Assembly: GCA_050950765.1 (NCBI GenBank)
Contig: JBMNIF010000003.1
Location: 64,001 to 128,000 of the forward strand
DNA length: 64,000 nt
Source: Bdellovibrionota bacterium
Lineage (GTDB): Bacteria; Bdellovibrionota_C; UBA2361; JAAYZI01
Reading direction: 5' to 3'
Position 1 is the stretch's first letter; each line of letters begins with the position of its first letter. Below, piece by piece: positions 38,479 to 48,587 of the stretch. A model generated the notes under the pieces. The model was given only the letters and a program-made list of their open reading frames with translations. It did not search any database and was not told the origin of the DNA. The position numbers and the translations under genes were made by a program.

Positions 38479-39327
38479 ATGAATAAAGCGTGGATACATA
38501 AAAATTATCGCATCACGCCTTGGGAAAATGCGGGAGATGCGACAGAACTCTTTAATGACGAGGAGCGATCATCTCAAAGCAGTAGTCTTACACCTCTTCT
38601 TACTGTTCTAGTTTTCTCCTCACTTATTCTTTTATTATCGATCGTATTTTTTTCAATGAACGACTCTGAAGAGTTTATCTTTGCTATGGCTGATATGCCT
38701 ATCGTAAAAGGAGCATCTCTTGAATCTTTTGATAAAGAACGGGTGCTGGCGCGCATGTCGTCACGCACTAGGTTGGATTACAATGCTAAGGTAGATTTTA
38801 TTGCAAAAACGATTGAAAAGAGGAATCCCTCGGTTGATGCTAAAGAGATCGCTACCATGATTGTTTTTCAGAGTCATATTGCTAATTACGATCCTCTCTT
38901 TGTAACTGCCGTTATCTTTGCAGAGAGTAATTTTAAAAATAAGGCGAGATCCCGTGTCGGAGCACGTGGGCTGATGCAGCTTATGCCAGATACCGCACGG
39001 GATGTTTGTAAATTAACAAACACAAAATGGCGTGGAGAGTCAGGGCTTGATACTCCGGACTACAATATCTTTTTAGGGATAAACTACCTCAAGTTTTTAA
39101 GTTCAGAATTTTACGGCAACAACCTTGAGCACGTTCTGATCGCTTATAACTGGGGGCTAGGTAAATTTAATCGTGCTCGCTCTCGCAGTATGTTTGTTCG
39201 ATTGCCTCGTGAGACGATCCATTATAAGCACAAGGTTTTGACTCATCATAAAAGGTGGAAAGCAGAGTTTGATGTATATCTCGCTGCTTTACGAAGACCC
39301 AACAGTGAAAGTGTTATGAATGGATGA
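38479..39327 (+). CDS. Membrane-anchored lytic transglycosylase (SLT domain)
   Basis: N-terminal TM helix; AVIFAESNF, GARGLMQLMPDTA, AYNWG. Confidence 0.9.
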   Translation: MNKAWIHKNYRITPWENAGDATELFNDEERSSQSSSLTPLLTVLVFSSLILLLSIVFFSMNDSEEFIFAMADMPIVKGASLESFDKERVLARMSSRTRLDYNAKVDFIAKTIEKRNPSVDAKEIATMIVFQSHIANYDPLFVTAVIFAESNFKNKARSRVGARGLMQLMPDTARDVCKLTNTKWRGESGLDTPDYNIFLGINYLKFLSSEFYGNNLEHVLIAYNWGLGKFNRARSRSMFVRLPRETIHYKHKVLTHHKRWKAEFDVYLAALRRPNSESVMNG

Positions 39328-39414
39328 GAGCGAGGTATCTCATAAAAAACAGAGCGCGCCCTACTCGTCTTATTTAACTTCAACAATCAAACGATATTAG
39401 TTCTTTTTATAAAA

Positions 39415-40071
39415 CTACCAATCATCTCCGGAGAGATCTATGAAAAAGATACCGGCGATCAGATCGGCGATCTGATCTACACAAACTCCACCGTATGCTC
39501 CCGCCACAAAGAGATCGGCACCAACTCCGATCTCTCCGATACAAACATCACGATCTCTGGATTCAACAAAAGAAGGTCCAAATGCAATTTCATTGGAAGT
39601 TTCTAGCATGACAGGGGGACGTCTTCCAAAATTACCAACACGTACGGAAACAGGGGCAGCTCCGCGAAATGCTAACTGTCCATATTTTGTAACTCTAACA
39701 ACACCACCAAAAGAAGGGCCGACACCGACATCGAAACGAAAGATATCAATCACATCCATAATCCTATTCGGAAGCCACATTAAAATTTTATGTAAAATAG
39801 AGTGCTCTTCTTTCTCTGACGGACTTTCAATCCCATCATACGGGATATTACTATTATCAACGGGATAACCTATGTAAGAAGGCTCTTCATATTCATATTT
39901 ATATCTATATTCATCTGCGTATGTTATTGGAGTTAACACTAGAGATGAGAAGAAAAGTGTTAAGAGTAACGGAATAGAACTGCTGAATCTGGTATTGATC
40001 ATAATAATTCCACAAGTAATTAATATAGTCTGTTTTTTTATTGGAATAACAATTAACCTTACGAACCACAA
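39415..40071 (-). CDS. Hypothetical exported protein (start probably at MINTRF)
   Basis: Signal-like hydrophobic stretch and Gly-rich beta-strand-like C-terminal half. Confidence 0.6.
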   Translation of the reverse strand: MWFVRLIVIPIKKQTILITCGIIMINTRFSSSIPLLLTLFFSSLVLTPITYADEYRYKYEYEEPSYIGYPVDNSNIPYDGIESPSEKEEHSILHKILMWLPNRIMDVIDIFRFDVGVGPSFGGVVRVTKYGQLAFRGAAPVSVRVGNFGRRPPVMLETSNEIAFGPSFVESRDRDVCIGEIGVGADLFVAGAYGGVCVDQIADLIAGIFFIDLSGDDW

Positions 40072-40161
40072 CTAAAAAAAATAAACCGCGACAAGATATA
40101 CTTAAATATAAAAAAATCCGCAAAAAAACCTTAAATTAAAATATTTTTCAAGATTTTCCCC

Positions 40162-40190
40162 TTGTATGATTCGCCTGCACTGGCTAAAAT
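40162..40190 (+). promoter_or_regulatory. Putative sigma70 promoter of the DUF2934 gene
   Basis: TTGTAT-N17-TAAAAT. Confidence 0.45.
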
Positions 40191-40353
40191 CACCGAAGTG
40201 GGTGCGACGTGTTATTCTTGTAGTCAGAACATAATAATTAACGAATAAATGAATTATGTGAAAGATAATATCTGAATATGTTCTTTTAACTATTGAATTG
40301 CACTACAAAAGAGATAATTACATTTAAAAATACCGAATAGGAGTTGAGTTACA

Positions 40354-40740
40354 ATGGGATTGAAAGATTTTTTTTCAAAAAGCACTGGTAATGCTGCGCT
40401 AAAAGATTGTTCTGAAGATATGAGTGCGAAAGACAATAAACGTTCTACCCCCTCTACTACTTCAAAACGTAAAAAACTTCCAAACGCATTACGTACCGTT
40501 AATGCTGGTTCAGCCGCTGCTGCTGTGGAAAGAGAGCGTCAAGCTTCAAGACCAGCTCCCCGTTTATCAATACTGAAAACGAAAACTAAGCAGTCGTCAC
40601 AAAACCTAGAAAGGGAAATCACGCAAGAACAGATCGCATTACGTGCTTGGTCTATCTGGCAGGAGAAAGGTTGTCCGCAAGGTCAAGATTTTCAAAATTG
40701 GGTACAGGCCGAACAGGAGTTGCGTGCTGAGTTAAAGTAA
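40354..40740 (+). CDS. DUF2934 domain-containing protein
   Basis: C-terminal EQIALRAWSIWQEKGCPQGQDFQNWVQAEQEL. Confidence 0.88.
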   Translation: MGLKDFFSKSTGNAALKDCSEDMSAKDNKRSTPSTTSKRKKLPNALRTVNAGSAAAAVERERQASRPAPRLSILKTKTKQSSQNLEREITQEQIALRAWSIWQEKGCPQGQDFQNWVQAEQELRAELK

Positions 40741-40816
40741 AAGCGAATTTAAAAAATCATCCTAAAAACCTTTAGAACCTTTTAGCTGACAGGTGAGAAG
40801 CACCCACCCTTAAGAC

Positions 40817-41087
40817 GAATTTAGTGCCACCCTTCCCACCAGAACAGGAGGGGCTGATACTAAAAACCGAATCGGTTAGATCTGGACGGGGGTTAAAAAT
40901 TTGGTGCCACCCACTAGGGACAACAGGACGGGCTGTAACTAAAAACCGAATCGGTTAGGTCTTCACGGGGGTTAAAAAACTGGTGCCACCCAACAGTAAG
41001 ACGGGAACGGTTAGATCTGGACGGAGGTTAAAAATTTGGTGCCACCCACTAGGGCTGCTAATAATATTAAGATGTTAGCAAAGAGCT
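40817..41087 (+). repeat. GGTGCCACCC-cored repeat array, left (4 cores)
   Basis: Cores at 40823, 40903, 40982, 41038; shared GGGCTG..ACTAAAAACCGAATCGGTTAG.TCT..ACGG.GGTTAAAAATTT between cores. Confidence 0.93.
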
Positions 41088-41091
41088 AATT

Positions 41092-42159
41092 TTAGTTAAA
41101 AGAAGGGTGGTAACCCCATATATTGTCGTTTTGAATAATCTCTAACTGATCTTGCAAGTCGGAGATCAGTTCAAGCCAATATGGCTGAGAACCAAAATCT
41201 TTAAAGACCCTCTGAAAAGCTGGATCTTCTCTACGGTGTGCAATCCACGCCGCATAGTGAATCATACGTAAAGCCCTTAACGGTTCTATTAACGTTAAAG
41301 TTCGCCGATCAAAATCTCTTAATTCTTCATAACCTTGCAATAGGATCTTCATCTTCTCTTTAGCTTCACAATCTCGACCTTGCACAAAAAGCCAGAGATC
41401 CTGAACGGGAGGAGCGGAAACCGTATCATCAAAATCCACAAAGGAAACACCTTCGTCCCGCCACAGAAGATTTCCGAAGTGAGCATCTCCATGTACCCTT
41501 TGATAACGAGATTCTGAGAAGAGAGGTTCAATTATTGCGCAAATTCTCTCTACAAGGTTAGAAAAAACAGGTTCTAACTCTGGAATTATCACTTTCTGAT
41601 CAATAAGATAGCGCATATTCTGAATGCCGTAGGTCTGAGGAGTGATTTGCAAGCGGTGCTTAAAAGGAGTGGCTGCGCCAACTGTGTGTAGGCGTGCCAT
41701 TAAGCGCCCTATTCTGAGAAGCTGTTCTGCATTTAATTCTGAGGGTGAGCGCCCTCCGACCTTCGGAAAGAGTGCAAAAAAGATCTTCTGATCTTGTAAC
41801 TCCCTTAATGTTTGCCCTTCATACTCTAACGCAGCTACTGCTGGTATATCCGCCTCTTGGAGGTCTTTTAGGAATTTATGTTCTTCTAAGATCTGCTCCC
41901 TACTCCAACGTCCAGGTCTGTAAAATTTAATTATTAAATAACGATCATAAGCGCTTAGAGGATCTGCTTGAGTTTCTATCTCTACCTCATAGACGCGGTT
42001 TTCCATACTATGAAGCGACATGCAGCGTCCCGTACACCTGACACCGTACTCTTCAACTGCATTTAAAATTTTTTCGGGGGTAATTTCGTAAAAATATTGA
42101 GTTTCCACCCCTCCCCAGAGACCCGCTGCTGACCCTTCCCCTCCTAAGCTATCCTGCAT
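41092..42159 (-). CDS. srkA: Stress-response Ser/Thr kinase (SrkA/RdoA/YihE, APH-like)
   Basis: SMENRVY, KFYRPGRWSREQILEEH, HGDAHFGNLLW, VDFDD, VQDLW, DPAFQRVF. Confidence 0.9.
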   Translation of the reverse strand: MQDSLGGEGSAAGLWGGVETQYFYEITPEKILNAVEEYGVRCTGRCMSLHSMENRVYEVEIETQADPLSAYDRYLIIKFYRPGRWSREQILEEHKFLKDLQEADIPAVAALEYEGQTLRELQDQKIFFALFPKVGGRSPSELNAEQLLRIGRLMARLHTVGAATPFKHRLQITPQTYGIQNMRYLIDQKVIIPELEPVFSNLVERICAIIEPLFSESRYQRVHGDAHFGNLLWRDEGVSFVDFDDTVSAPPVQDLWLFVQGRDCEAKEKMKILLQGYEELRDFDRRTLTLIEPLRALRMIHYAAWIAHRREDPAFQRVFKDFGSQPYWLELISDLQDQLEIIQNDNIWGYHPSFN

Positions 42160-42230
42160 AGCGCTACCTTTGTTGTGTAAAACTTCCCCCTAAATAGTAT
42201 CTAAGTTTAAGCGCTCTTTGCAAGTAGAAG

Positions 42231-42658
42231 AAAATTTGGTGCCACCCACTAGAACAGGCAGGAGGGGCTGATACTAAAAAACGAATCGGTTAGGTCTTCA
42301 CGGGGGTTAGAAATTTGGTACCACCCACTAGAACAGGACGGGCTGATACTAAAAACGAATCGGTTAGGTCTGGACGGAGGTTAAAAATTTGGTGCCACCC
42401 TTCAGGGACGGTTGGACGGGCTGCAACTGCAGAACGAATGGGGTAAAATTTGGTGCCACCCTTCAGTGCTAAAAGACTCTAAAATTACGATAGTTAATAA
42501 TATCAATATATTAGCAAAAGCTTAGAATTTGGCAGTTTTGGTGCCACCCACCAGTAAGACGGGATCTGGAGGCTAGGTTTTGGTGCCACCCTTCAGGGAC
42601 GGCTGAACGGGCTGCAACGGCAAAACAGATCGGCTAGAACTGGACGGAGGTTAAATTT
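42231..42658 (+). repeat. GGTGCCACCC-cored repeat array, right (6 cores)
   Basis: Cores at 42238, 42317 (GGTACCACCC), 42391, 42452, 42540, 42582; same orientation and sub-modules as the left array. Confidence 0.93.
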
Positions 42659-42853
42659 TTTAGAAATTTGTAAAAATTACCGCACTTATTGAGAGGAGAG
42701 GGGCATAACGGAGTAAATAGATGTGTTTTTAGTTATTTATTTTTAAGGATTTTTTATTAAGAGCAAAATGCTCTTTCTTGAAATTAACCTTGATTAGGTC
42801 TCTTACCACACTTAGAATCGGCTATATTATTTTTACTAATTATTTAGGACGAT

Positions 42854-43768
42854 ATGAACGACCGACTAACAGCTAACAATCTAACAGATCCAACAGTAAA
42901 CAAAGGAGCGCACCTTTCACACGCTGCCGACATAACTGAGGAAAATATAGAAACTTCACTTGCCGACATTAATGGTGCTCGAAAAAGACAAAAAGCCCCA
43001 TCCCCTAAAGCACTGGATCAATCCCTTATTACTAATATCCTTGAAAAACAACTTAGAGGGAAGATTGATGATCAGAAGTTAAATAACCTTATTGATGTAA
43101 TGAACAAAAAACCTCAGGCTGCTGATGAGATTTTAGGTGCTATCTACTCTTTTAAGGATACTGAGTCTAGGATGCTCATCTTACAGACATTAAGTGAATA
43201 TGCCACACAGACTAAAAACGAATTTTTATTAAAAATCGTTGAACTAGCTTATAAACTAGAGGCGCGTGCTGCACAAGCCACAGCTGAAATTTTAAGCAAG
43301 TTCTATGATAACGAAACATTTGATCATGAAACGATTTCTAAAAACACAGAAATAAAAGATAAAATTCAACAGATATTCCTTCTAATAGATCATAAAGACT
43401 CCTTTGTTGATGTGGTTAGTAAAATTTACGAGGTCTTAGAAGAGACCTGCCGGACAATTGCTGAACATAAAGCAAAGGAAGAAGAAAAGGCTAAACAAAA
43501 AGAGGAGGAAGAGGCATTTAGAAAAGATGACTTATTAGCTCATCGCGTAGATCGTATTCAAAACAACTTCGATCCTAACGTTATTAATAACGCTGCTGTT
43601 GAAGAGGTACTACGCAGATTTATTCATGATCGTAATTTTATAATAGATGATTACGGCATTTCATATACTCAGATCTATTATGCCATAAGAAATGCACAGA
43701 AATTTTACGGAGAGAACTTACGAGAAAATAGAAATAAAAATAGTTATAACCCTACCTTAGTAGCCTAA
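42854..43768 (+). CDS. Hypothetical alpha-helical protein
   Basis: 304-aa ORF after an AGGA RBS; no recognised motif. Confidence 0.7.
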   Translation: MNDRLTANNLTDPTVNKGAHLSHAADITEENIETSLADINGARKRQKAPSPKALDQSLITNILEKQLRGKIDDQKLNNLIDVMNKKPQAADEILGAIYSFKDTESRMLILQTLSEYATQTKNEFLLKIVELAYKLEARAAQATAEILSKFYDNETFDHETISKNTEIKDKIQQIFLLIDHKDSFVDVVSKIYEVLEETCRTIAEHKAKEEEKAKQKEEEEAFRKDDLLAHRVDRIQNNFDPNVINNAAVEEVLRRFIHDRNFIIDDYGISYTQIYYAIRNAQKFYGENLRENRNKNSYNPTLVA

Positions 43769-43778
43769 AATATAAGAT

Positions 43779-44264
43779 CTATTTTTTTGTTGGAATCTTT
43801 CCACTAAGTTTAATTATTATCCGTTCCCAAAAAGGCAACTCTCTTATCTCTTTTAATGAGAGTAAACGTCCACTATCATTATCTGTTGATTCCTCATCTG
43901 AAGGTGGCAGATCTTCCATATTCCCGAAGACATTAAAGGCTCTAGGGGTTGTCGAAGGGTTTGGTCTAATCATTTCATCTACAGGTCTATCTTTTTCCCA
44001 CTTCGGAATCCCATGTAGAAGAGTTTCATTATAACGGGCACGTTCTTTCGGTTGAATTAATGTATGATAAGCTGCCGTTATCTTCTTAAAGATCTCTTCA
44101 CTCTCTTTGTCGTTCTTAGATTCAACTATATCATTATAAAAATTAGAATCCGGATGATAGATTAACGCTATCTCTCGATAAGCGATCTTAATCTGCTGTC
44201 TAGTAGCATCTTCCGGCACACCTAAAAGCTCATAATAATTTTTTTCATCAATCTGAGATCTCAT
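43779..44264 (-). CDS. DnaJ (J-domain) protein
   Basis: NYYELLGV, IKIAYR..ALIYHPD, FKKITAAYHTL. Confidence 0.9.
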   Translation of the reverse strand: MRSQIDEKNYYELLGVPEDATRQQIKIAYREIALIYHPDSNFYNDIVESKNDKESEEIFKKITAAYHTLIQPKERARYNETLLHGIPKWEKDRPVDEMIRPNPSTTPRAFNVFGNMEDLPPSDEESTDNDSGRLLSLKEIRELPFWERIIIKLSGKIPTKK

Positions 44265-44445
44265 GCCCTACATATCGGAAGTTACACTAAATTACTTAAT
44301 GGCTTTCAAGAGGATTAAGTGTTTAAAAAGAAGTTTTAAAAAGGTTATAAGAGAAAAAAGCTCCTGTTTTTTATATTTTTATGATGTTAGATCTATTATA
44401 CTTTAACCTTTTTACCTTTAGAAAGTGAGTTCGGAGATTTTTTAA

Positions 44446-44886
44446 ATGAAGGGTGTTATTCAAAGAGTAAATTACGCATCTGTAACAGTAGATGATGTTG
44501 TTGTCGGTAAAATAGGCGTTGGATTAGCCGTTTTGGTCGGTTTTGGCAAAGATGATACTGAAAAAAATCTAAAACTAATGGCTGAAAAGATCGTAAATAT
44601 GCGCATCTTCTCAAATAGTGAGGATCGTTTTGATTATTCCCTACTTGATATAAAAGGTGAAATTCTACTTATCCCTCAATTCACCCTTTTTGCAGATACC
44701 TCACACGGAAGACGCCCTGAATTCTTTTCAGCGCTTGAACCCTCAAAAGCCTCTCCCCTTTTTGATAAATTTGTTGATATCGTTAAATCACTCGGCGTTT
44801 CAAAAACAGAATGCGGCATCTTCGGTGCTACGATGAAGGTCGCTCTGGAGAATGACGGGCCCGTAACGATCAGCCTTGATATCTAA
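44446..44886 (+). CDS. dtd: D-aminoacyl-tRNA deacylase
   Basis: VIQRV..ASVTV, PQFTL, GRRP, FGATMKVALENDGPVT. Confidence 0.96.
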   Translation: MKGVIQRVNYASVTVDDVVVGKIGVGLAVLVGFGKDDTEKNLKLMAEKIVNMRIFSNSEDRFDYSLLDIKGEILLIPQFTLFADTSHGRRPEFFSALEPSKASPLFDKFVDIVKSLGVSKTECGIFGATMKVALENDGPVTISLDI

Positions 44887-44918
44887 AGTTTAGGTGGCAG
44901 CGTCACCGCTTCTTAAAA

Positions 44919-46109
44919 CTAATCGCACCACCAATCATCTTCAAGTGAATGCAAAATATGAGGCATAAAGAGTTGAGGTTCCACCAAGAAAGAATCATGC
45001 CCCTTATCTGAATGAATAGTTATATGTCGAACATCAACACCGGCTGAATGTAGCTCTTTAACAAGCGCCTGTTGTTCAGATGGCGCAAAGCAGCCATCAG
45101 AATCAACACTAAAAACCATAAAATGGTGTCCTTGACATCGGGCAAACATCTCCTTAAAGGTGTTACACCCAGCATCAGCCAAGAGATCGACACCTTGCCA
45201 AACTCCCAATATGCAGAGATACGTATTAGCATCAAAACGATCTACAAACTTACTCCCTTGATGTAACATATACGATTCAATCTTATGCGTTAGCTGATAC
45301 TGTCCGAAGTCCTCTCCCCCATTCAACTGCTCCTTTGCACGTTGCTGCATCGTTTCTAAGGAGACAAAAGTTTTATGACTGATCATGCGTGCTAAAGAGA
45401 GTCCACGACGTGGCTCACTAATTCCGTAATAATCCCCGCCCCGAAAATCTGGATCGTATTCGATAGCGCAGATCTGTTCAAAATTAAGGATCCTTTGAAA
45501 GACAGAAACTGCCATTCCGGTAGCGATCGGCAAAACTATTTTAACTCGATGCGGATAACGTGTTGCCAAACTTAACGCCATCATGCCACCAAGCGATGCA
45601 CCAACCACACCGTGCAGGCGCTCTATACCTAAAAAATCAAGAAGCTTTACCTGAGAATCCACGATATCGGCTAAAGTAATCCACGGAAACGATCCGCCAT
45701 ACGGAGCCCCTGTTTCCGGATTGATTGACAACGGCCCAGTTGAGCCATAACATCCACCAAGGTAATTAGCACAGATCACAAAATATTTATCTGTATCAAT
45801 GGCACGCTTTGGACCGACAAAGTCATTCCACCAACCAACTTTGCATTCCTCTGTCCAACGCTCCTCGACACCTTCAACACTTTTATTAGTACCGCAAAGG
45901 TGTTGACTGCCACTTAAAGCGTGAAAAACCAAGATGGCGTTATCTCGGGCTGCAGAGAGCTCTCCATAAGTTTCATAAGCGAGTGTTGCTTCAGGCAACA
46001 CACCTCCACGTCGTAACTGCAACGGCTCTCTTTCTAAAGTTGCAAGTGATATAAACTTTGTTGAAACTTCTCCGATACTATCAACTTTTCGCATTTTTAC
46101 TTTCTCCAA
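44919..46109 (-). CDS. metX: Homoserine O-acyltransferase (MetX family)
   Basis: LAYETYG, HALSGSQH, ANYLGGCYGSTGP, GASLGGM, RFDANTY, GHDSFL. Confidence 0.92.
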   Translation of the reverse strand: MEKVKMRKVDSIGEVSTKFISLATLEREPLQLRRGGVLPEATLAYETYGELSAARDNAILVFHALSGSQHLCGTNKSVEGVEERWTEECKVGWWNDFVGPKRAIDTDKYFVICANYLGGCYGSTGPLSINPETGAPYGGSFPWITLADIVDSQVKLLDFLGIERLHGVVGASLGGMMALSLATRYPHRVKIVLPIATGMAVSVFQRILNFEQICAIEYDPDFRGGDYYGISEPRRGLSLARMISHKTFVSLETMQQRAKEQLNGGEDFGQYQLTHKIESYMLHQGSKFVDRFDANTYLCILGVWQGVDLLADAGCNTFKEMFARCQGHHFMVFSVDSDGCFAPSEQQALVKELHSAGVDVRHITIHSDKGHDSFLVEPQLFMPHILHSLEDDWWCD

Positions 46110-47653
46110 TAAGCCGGAGTTAAAATTATTAAAGCTGTAAAGAACTCCAACCTACCAATAAACATCGCAAATGCCAAAACAACCTTTGAGAGCTCAGGTA
46201 GTGCAGCGTGATTACCATACGGTCCTAAGCTCCCAAAAGCAGGTCCTATATTAGATAACGCAGAAACAGCTGCCGTAGAAGCTGTCGTGAAGTCCAAGCC
46301 ATTAATAGTTAAAAGAGCGCTTACGATTCCCGCAACGACACCGTATAAAAAGATAAATGCCCAGATCATATCTGCAATATCAGGTCTAACAGCCATCTGA
46401 TTTATTCGTACCGTTAAAACAGCACTCGGATGTAAAAATGATTTAAACTCCTTAAAGATTAATTTAATCGCAGCAACTACACGAACGCACTTTATACCAC
46501 CGGCGGTACTCCCCGACATCCCTCCCATCAACATCAAGAAAAAAAGGAGTAGCTGCGGAAAATATCCCCACTCCAGATAGTTAACATTTGTAAAGCCTGT
46601 TGAAGAAACAGTTGAAGTAACTGTAAAGAAAGAAAGTCTGAAAGATTCAGATAACGTTGCGTATTCAGTTCTCCAATTGAAGAACGTTATTAGCAAGACA
46701 ACAAGTGTTACGATTGCTAGATACCACCTTAACTCTGTATCAAAAAAAACTTTCTTAGCACGCCCTGTCAGTAGGAGATAAAAAAGTCCGAAATTGATCG
46801 AAGAGACCAACATAGCAGTTGCAAGTACATATTCCGAAAGCGGATTTTTAAAAGCGGCAACCCCGATATTTTTAGTAGAAAAGCCACCTGTCGCTATCGC
46901 CGTGAAGGCATGATTTACTGCATCATAAAAACTTAGCCCTGCACAATATAACACCACAGTCACCAACACCAAGATAACAGCAAAGATAGTGCAAAACGTT
47001 CTAGCTATTCCTCCAACACGAGGCTTAACTTTATCCTTTTGAGGCCCCGTTATCTCCGCACGAAAGATATGTACTCCGTTAATACCTAAGGTAGGTAAGA
47101 TAGCGATAAAAAAAGTTATCACTCCAATTCCACCCAACAGTTGCGTCATGGAGCGCCATAAGAGGAGGTCTTTTCCAACTCCCTCAATATCATTTAAAAC
47201 AGTAGCTCCCGTCCCTGAAAAACCGGACATCGATTCAAAGAAACAATCAACATAGCTCGGGAATATGCCACTGAAATAATACGGTAAAGAACCGATCACA
47301 GCAGCCATAAGCCATGAAAAGGTTACAATTGCAAAAGCAGATCTATGGTGCAGCTTGTCAAAATCACACTCTCTAATCCCAGTAAAAAGTTGAGAAAATA
47401 AACTTACACCGAAACAACCTGCCGCTATATACATAAAGATCCAAGCAGCCGAACCACCATAAAAGAAAGCGTATAAAGCCGGAACAAGCAGCGCAAAGCC
47501 GATGCCAACAGGAATAATGCCAATAACTATCTTTATAATTTGACGAATATCCAAAGCACTACCGTAAAAAACACGCCATGATCTCTCTAAAAAACGGTAC
47601 ATCATGGAAGTGAAGAGTTGATAATAGAAGTAAAAAACAGATCCGCCACACAA
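46097..47653 (-). CDS. trkH: Trk system potassium uptake membrane protein (start uncertain, probably further downstream)
   Basis: FESMSGFSGTGAT, LLGGIG, ATGGFS, STGF, GGMSGSTAGGIK, NIGPAFG, GRLE. Confidence 0.93.
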   Translation of the reverse strand: MCGGSVFYFYYQLFTSMMYRFLERSWRVFYGSALDIRQIIKIVIGIIPVGIGFALLVPALYAFFYGGSAAWIFMYIAAGCFGVSLFSQLFTGIRECDFDKLHHRSAFAIVTFSWLMAAVIGSLPYYFSGIFPSYVDCFFESMSGFSGTGATVLNDIEGVGKDLLLWRSMTQLLGGIGVITFFIAILPTLGINGVHIFRAEITGPQKDKVKPRVGGIARTFCTIFAVILVLVTVVLYCAGLSFYDAVNHAFTAIATGGFSTKNIGVAAFKNPLSEYVLATAMLVSSINFGLFYLLLTGRAKKVFFDTELRWYLAIVTLVVLLITFFNWRTEYATLSESFRLSFFTVTSTVSSTGFTNVNYLEWGYFPQLLLFFLMLMGGMSGSTAGGIKCVRVVAAIKLIFKEFKSFLHPSAVLTVRINQMAVRPDIADMIWAFIFLYGVVAGIVSALLTINGLDFTTASTAAVSALSNIGPAFGSLGPYGNHAALPELSKVVLAFAMFIGRLEFFTALIILTPAYWRK

Positions 47654-47719
47654 GACTCGGAACTAAGTAACCACCAATAAAACTCCCCTTAACAAAGCTA
47701 TTGAGCAATAAATGGGAAT

Positions 47720-47806
47720 CGGAGAGAGGGGGATTCGAACCCCCGATGCGGTTGCCCACACACTTGATTTCGAATCAAGCTCCTTCAGCCACTCGGACAT
47801 CTCTCC
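47720..47806 (-). tRNA. tRNA-Ser(CGA)
   Basis: Minus strand GGAGAGATGTCCGAGTGGCTGAAGGAG CTTGA-TTCGAAA-TCAAG, long variable arm, GGGGGTTCGAATCCCCC TCTCTCCG; CCA not encoded. Confidence 0.96.
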
Positions 47807-47965
47807 ACAACAAAAAAATTCTCCCATATCCTAAAAGGATAAGAGAGCTTTATATACACCGTTACTTTTAGCATCTTATTAGCGATGTTGCTAGATCCGA
47901 GCCCCTTATTGAGGCATAAATTATTCATATTTCAATATAAAAAAATCGTAGTTGCACGACTCTCG

Positions 47966-48583
47966 CTACAACGTCCCTTTAGTAGAAGGTATCCCTGTTC
48001 CATCTATTTTTTTAACCGCCATCCCAATCGATTTTGCAACACCTTTAAAAATAGCCTCTATCTTATGGTGCTCATTCTCTCCACTTGCCTTAATATGTAA
48101 AGTGCAGGCGGAAGCATCAGAGAATGACTTAAAAAAGTGTGAAAACATCTCTGTGGGCATCTCTCCAATATATTCTCTTTTAAACTCAACGTTCCAAACA
48201 AAAGTCGGTCTTCCGGAAAAATCTAGCGCCACCTCTGCTAAAGATTCATCCATCGGCAGTAAAAAGCCGTAACGCGCTGTATCTTCTTTATCCCCTAAGG
48301 CTTCTTTAAAAGCCTCTCCCAACGCTAAGGCACAATCCTCAATCGTATGGTGTTTATCTACATTCAGATCTCCTGAAGCGTGCAATTTAAGATCGCATCC
48401 GGAGTGACGGGCTAACTGTTCTAGCATATGATCAAAAAAACCGATCCCCGTGCTTATCTCTGCCTGACCCGTACCATCAAGGCAAAGCTCTAGTGTAATT
48501 GAAGTTTCTTTAGTTGCACGCTTAACAACTGCGTTACGTTTAGTTTTTTTCTGTGGAACAAGTTTAAATAATTTTTTGAACAT
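47966..48583 (-). CDS. hisB: Imidazoleglycerol-phosphate dehydratase (monofunctional)
   Basis: [46 protein letters not shown]; start MFKKLF after AAGGA. Confidence 0.95.
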   Translation of the reverse strand: MFKKLFKLVPQKKTKRNAVVKRATKETSITLELCLDGTGQAEISTGIGFFDHMLEQLARHSGCDLKLHASGDLNVDKHHTIEDCALALGEAFKEALGDKEDTARYGFLLPMDESLAEVALDFSGRPTFVWNVEFKREYIGEMPTEMFSHFFKSFSDASACTLHIKASGENEHHKIEAIFKGVAKSIGMAVKKIDGTGIPSTKGTL

Positions 48584-48587
48584 ATCC

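Noticed and set aside
40817..42658. CRISPR interpretation of the GGTGCCACCC arrays
   Set aside because: Inter-core segments are homologous to one another and vary from 42 to 88 bp; the core is too short; no cas genes.
47559..47759. 66-aa ORF overlapping the tRNA
   Set aside because: It starts inside tRNA-Ser and overlaps trkH; spurious.
47720..47806. tRNA-Ser as an integration site for an island
   Set aside because: No integrase in the window and I saw no duplicated tRNA 3' end.
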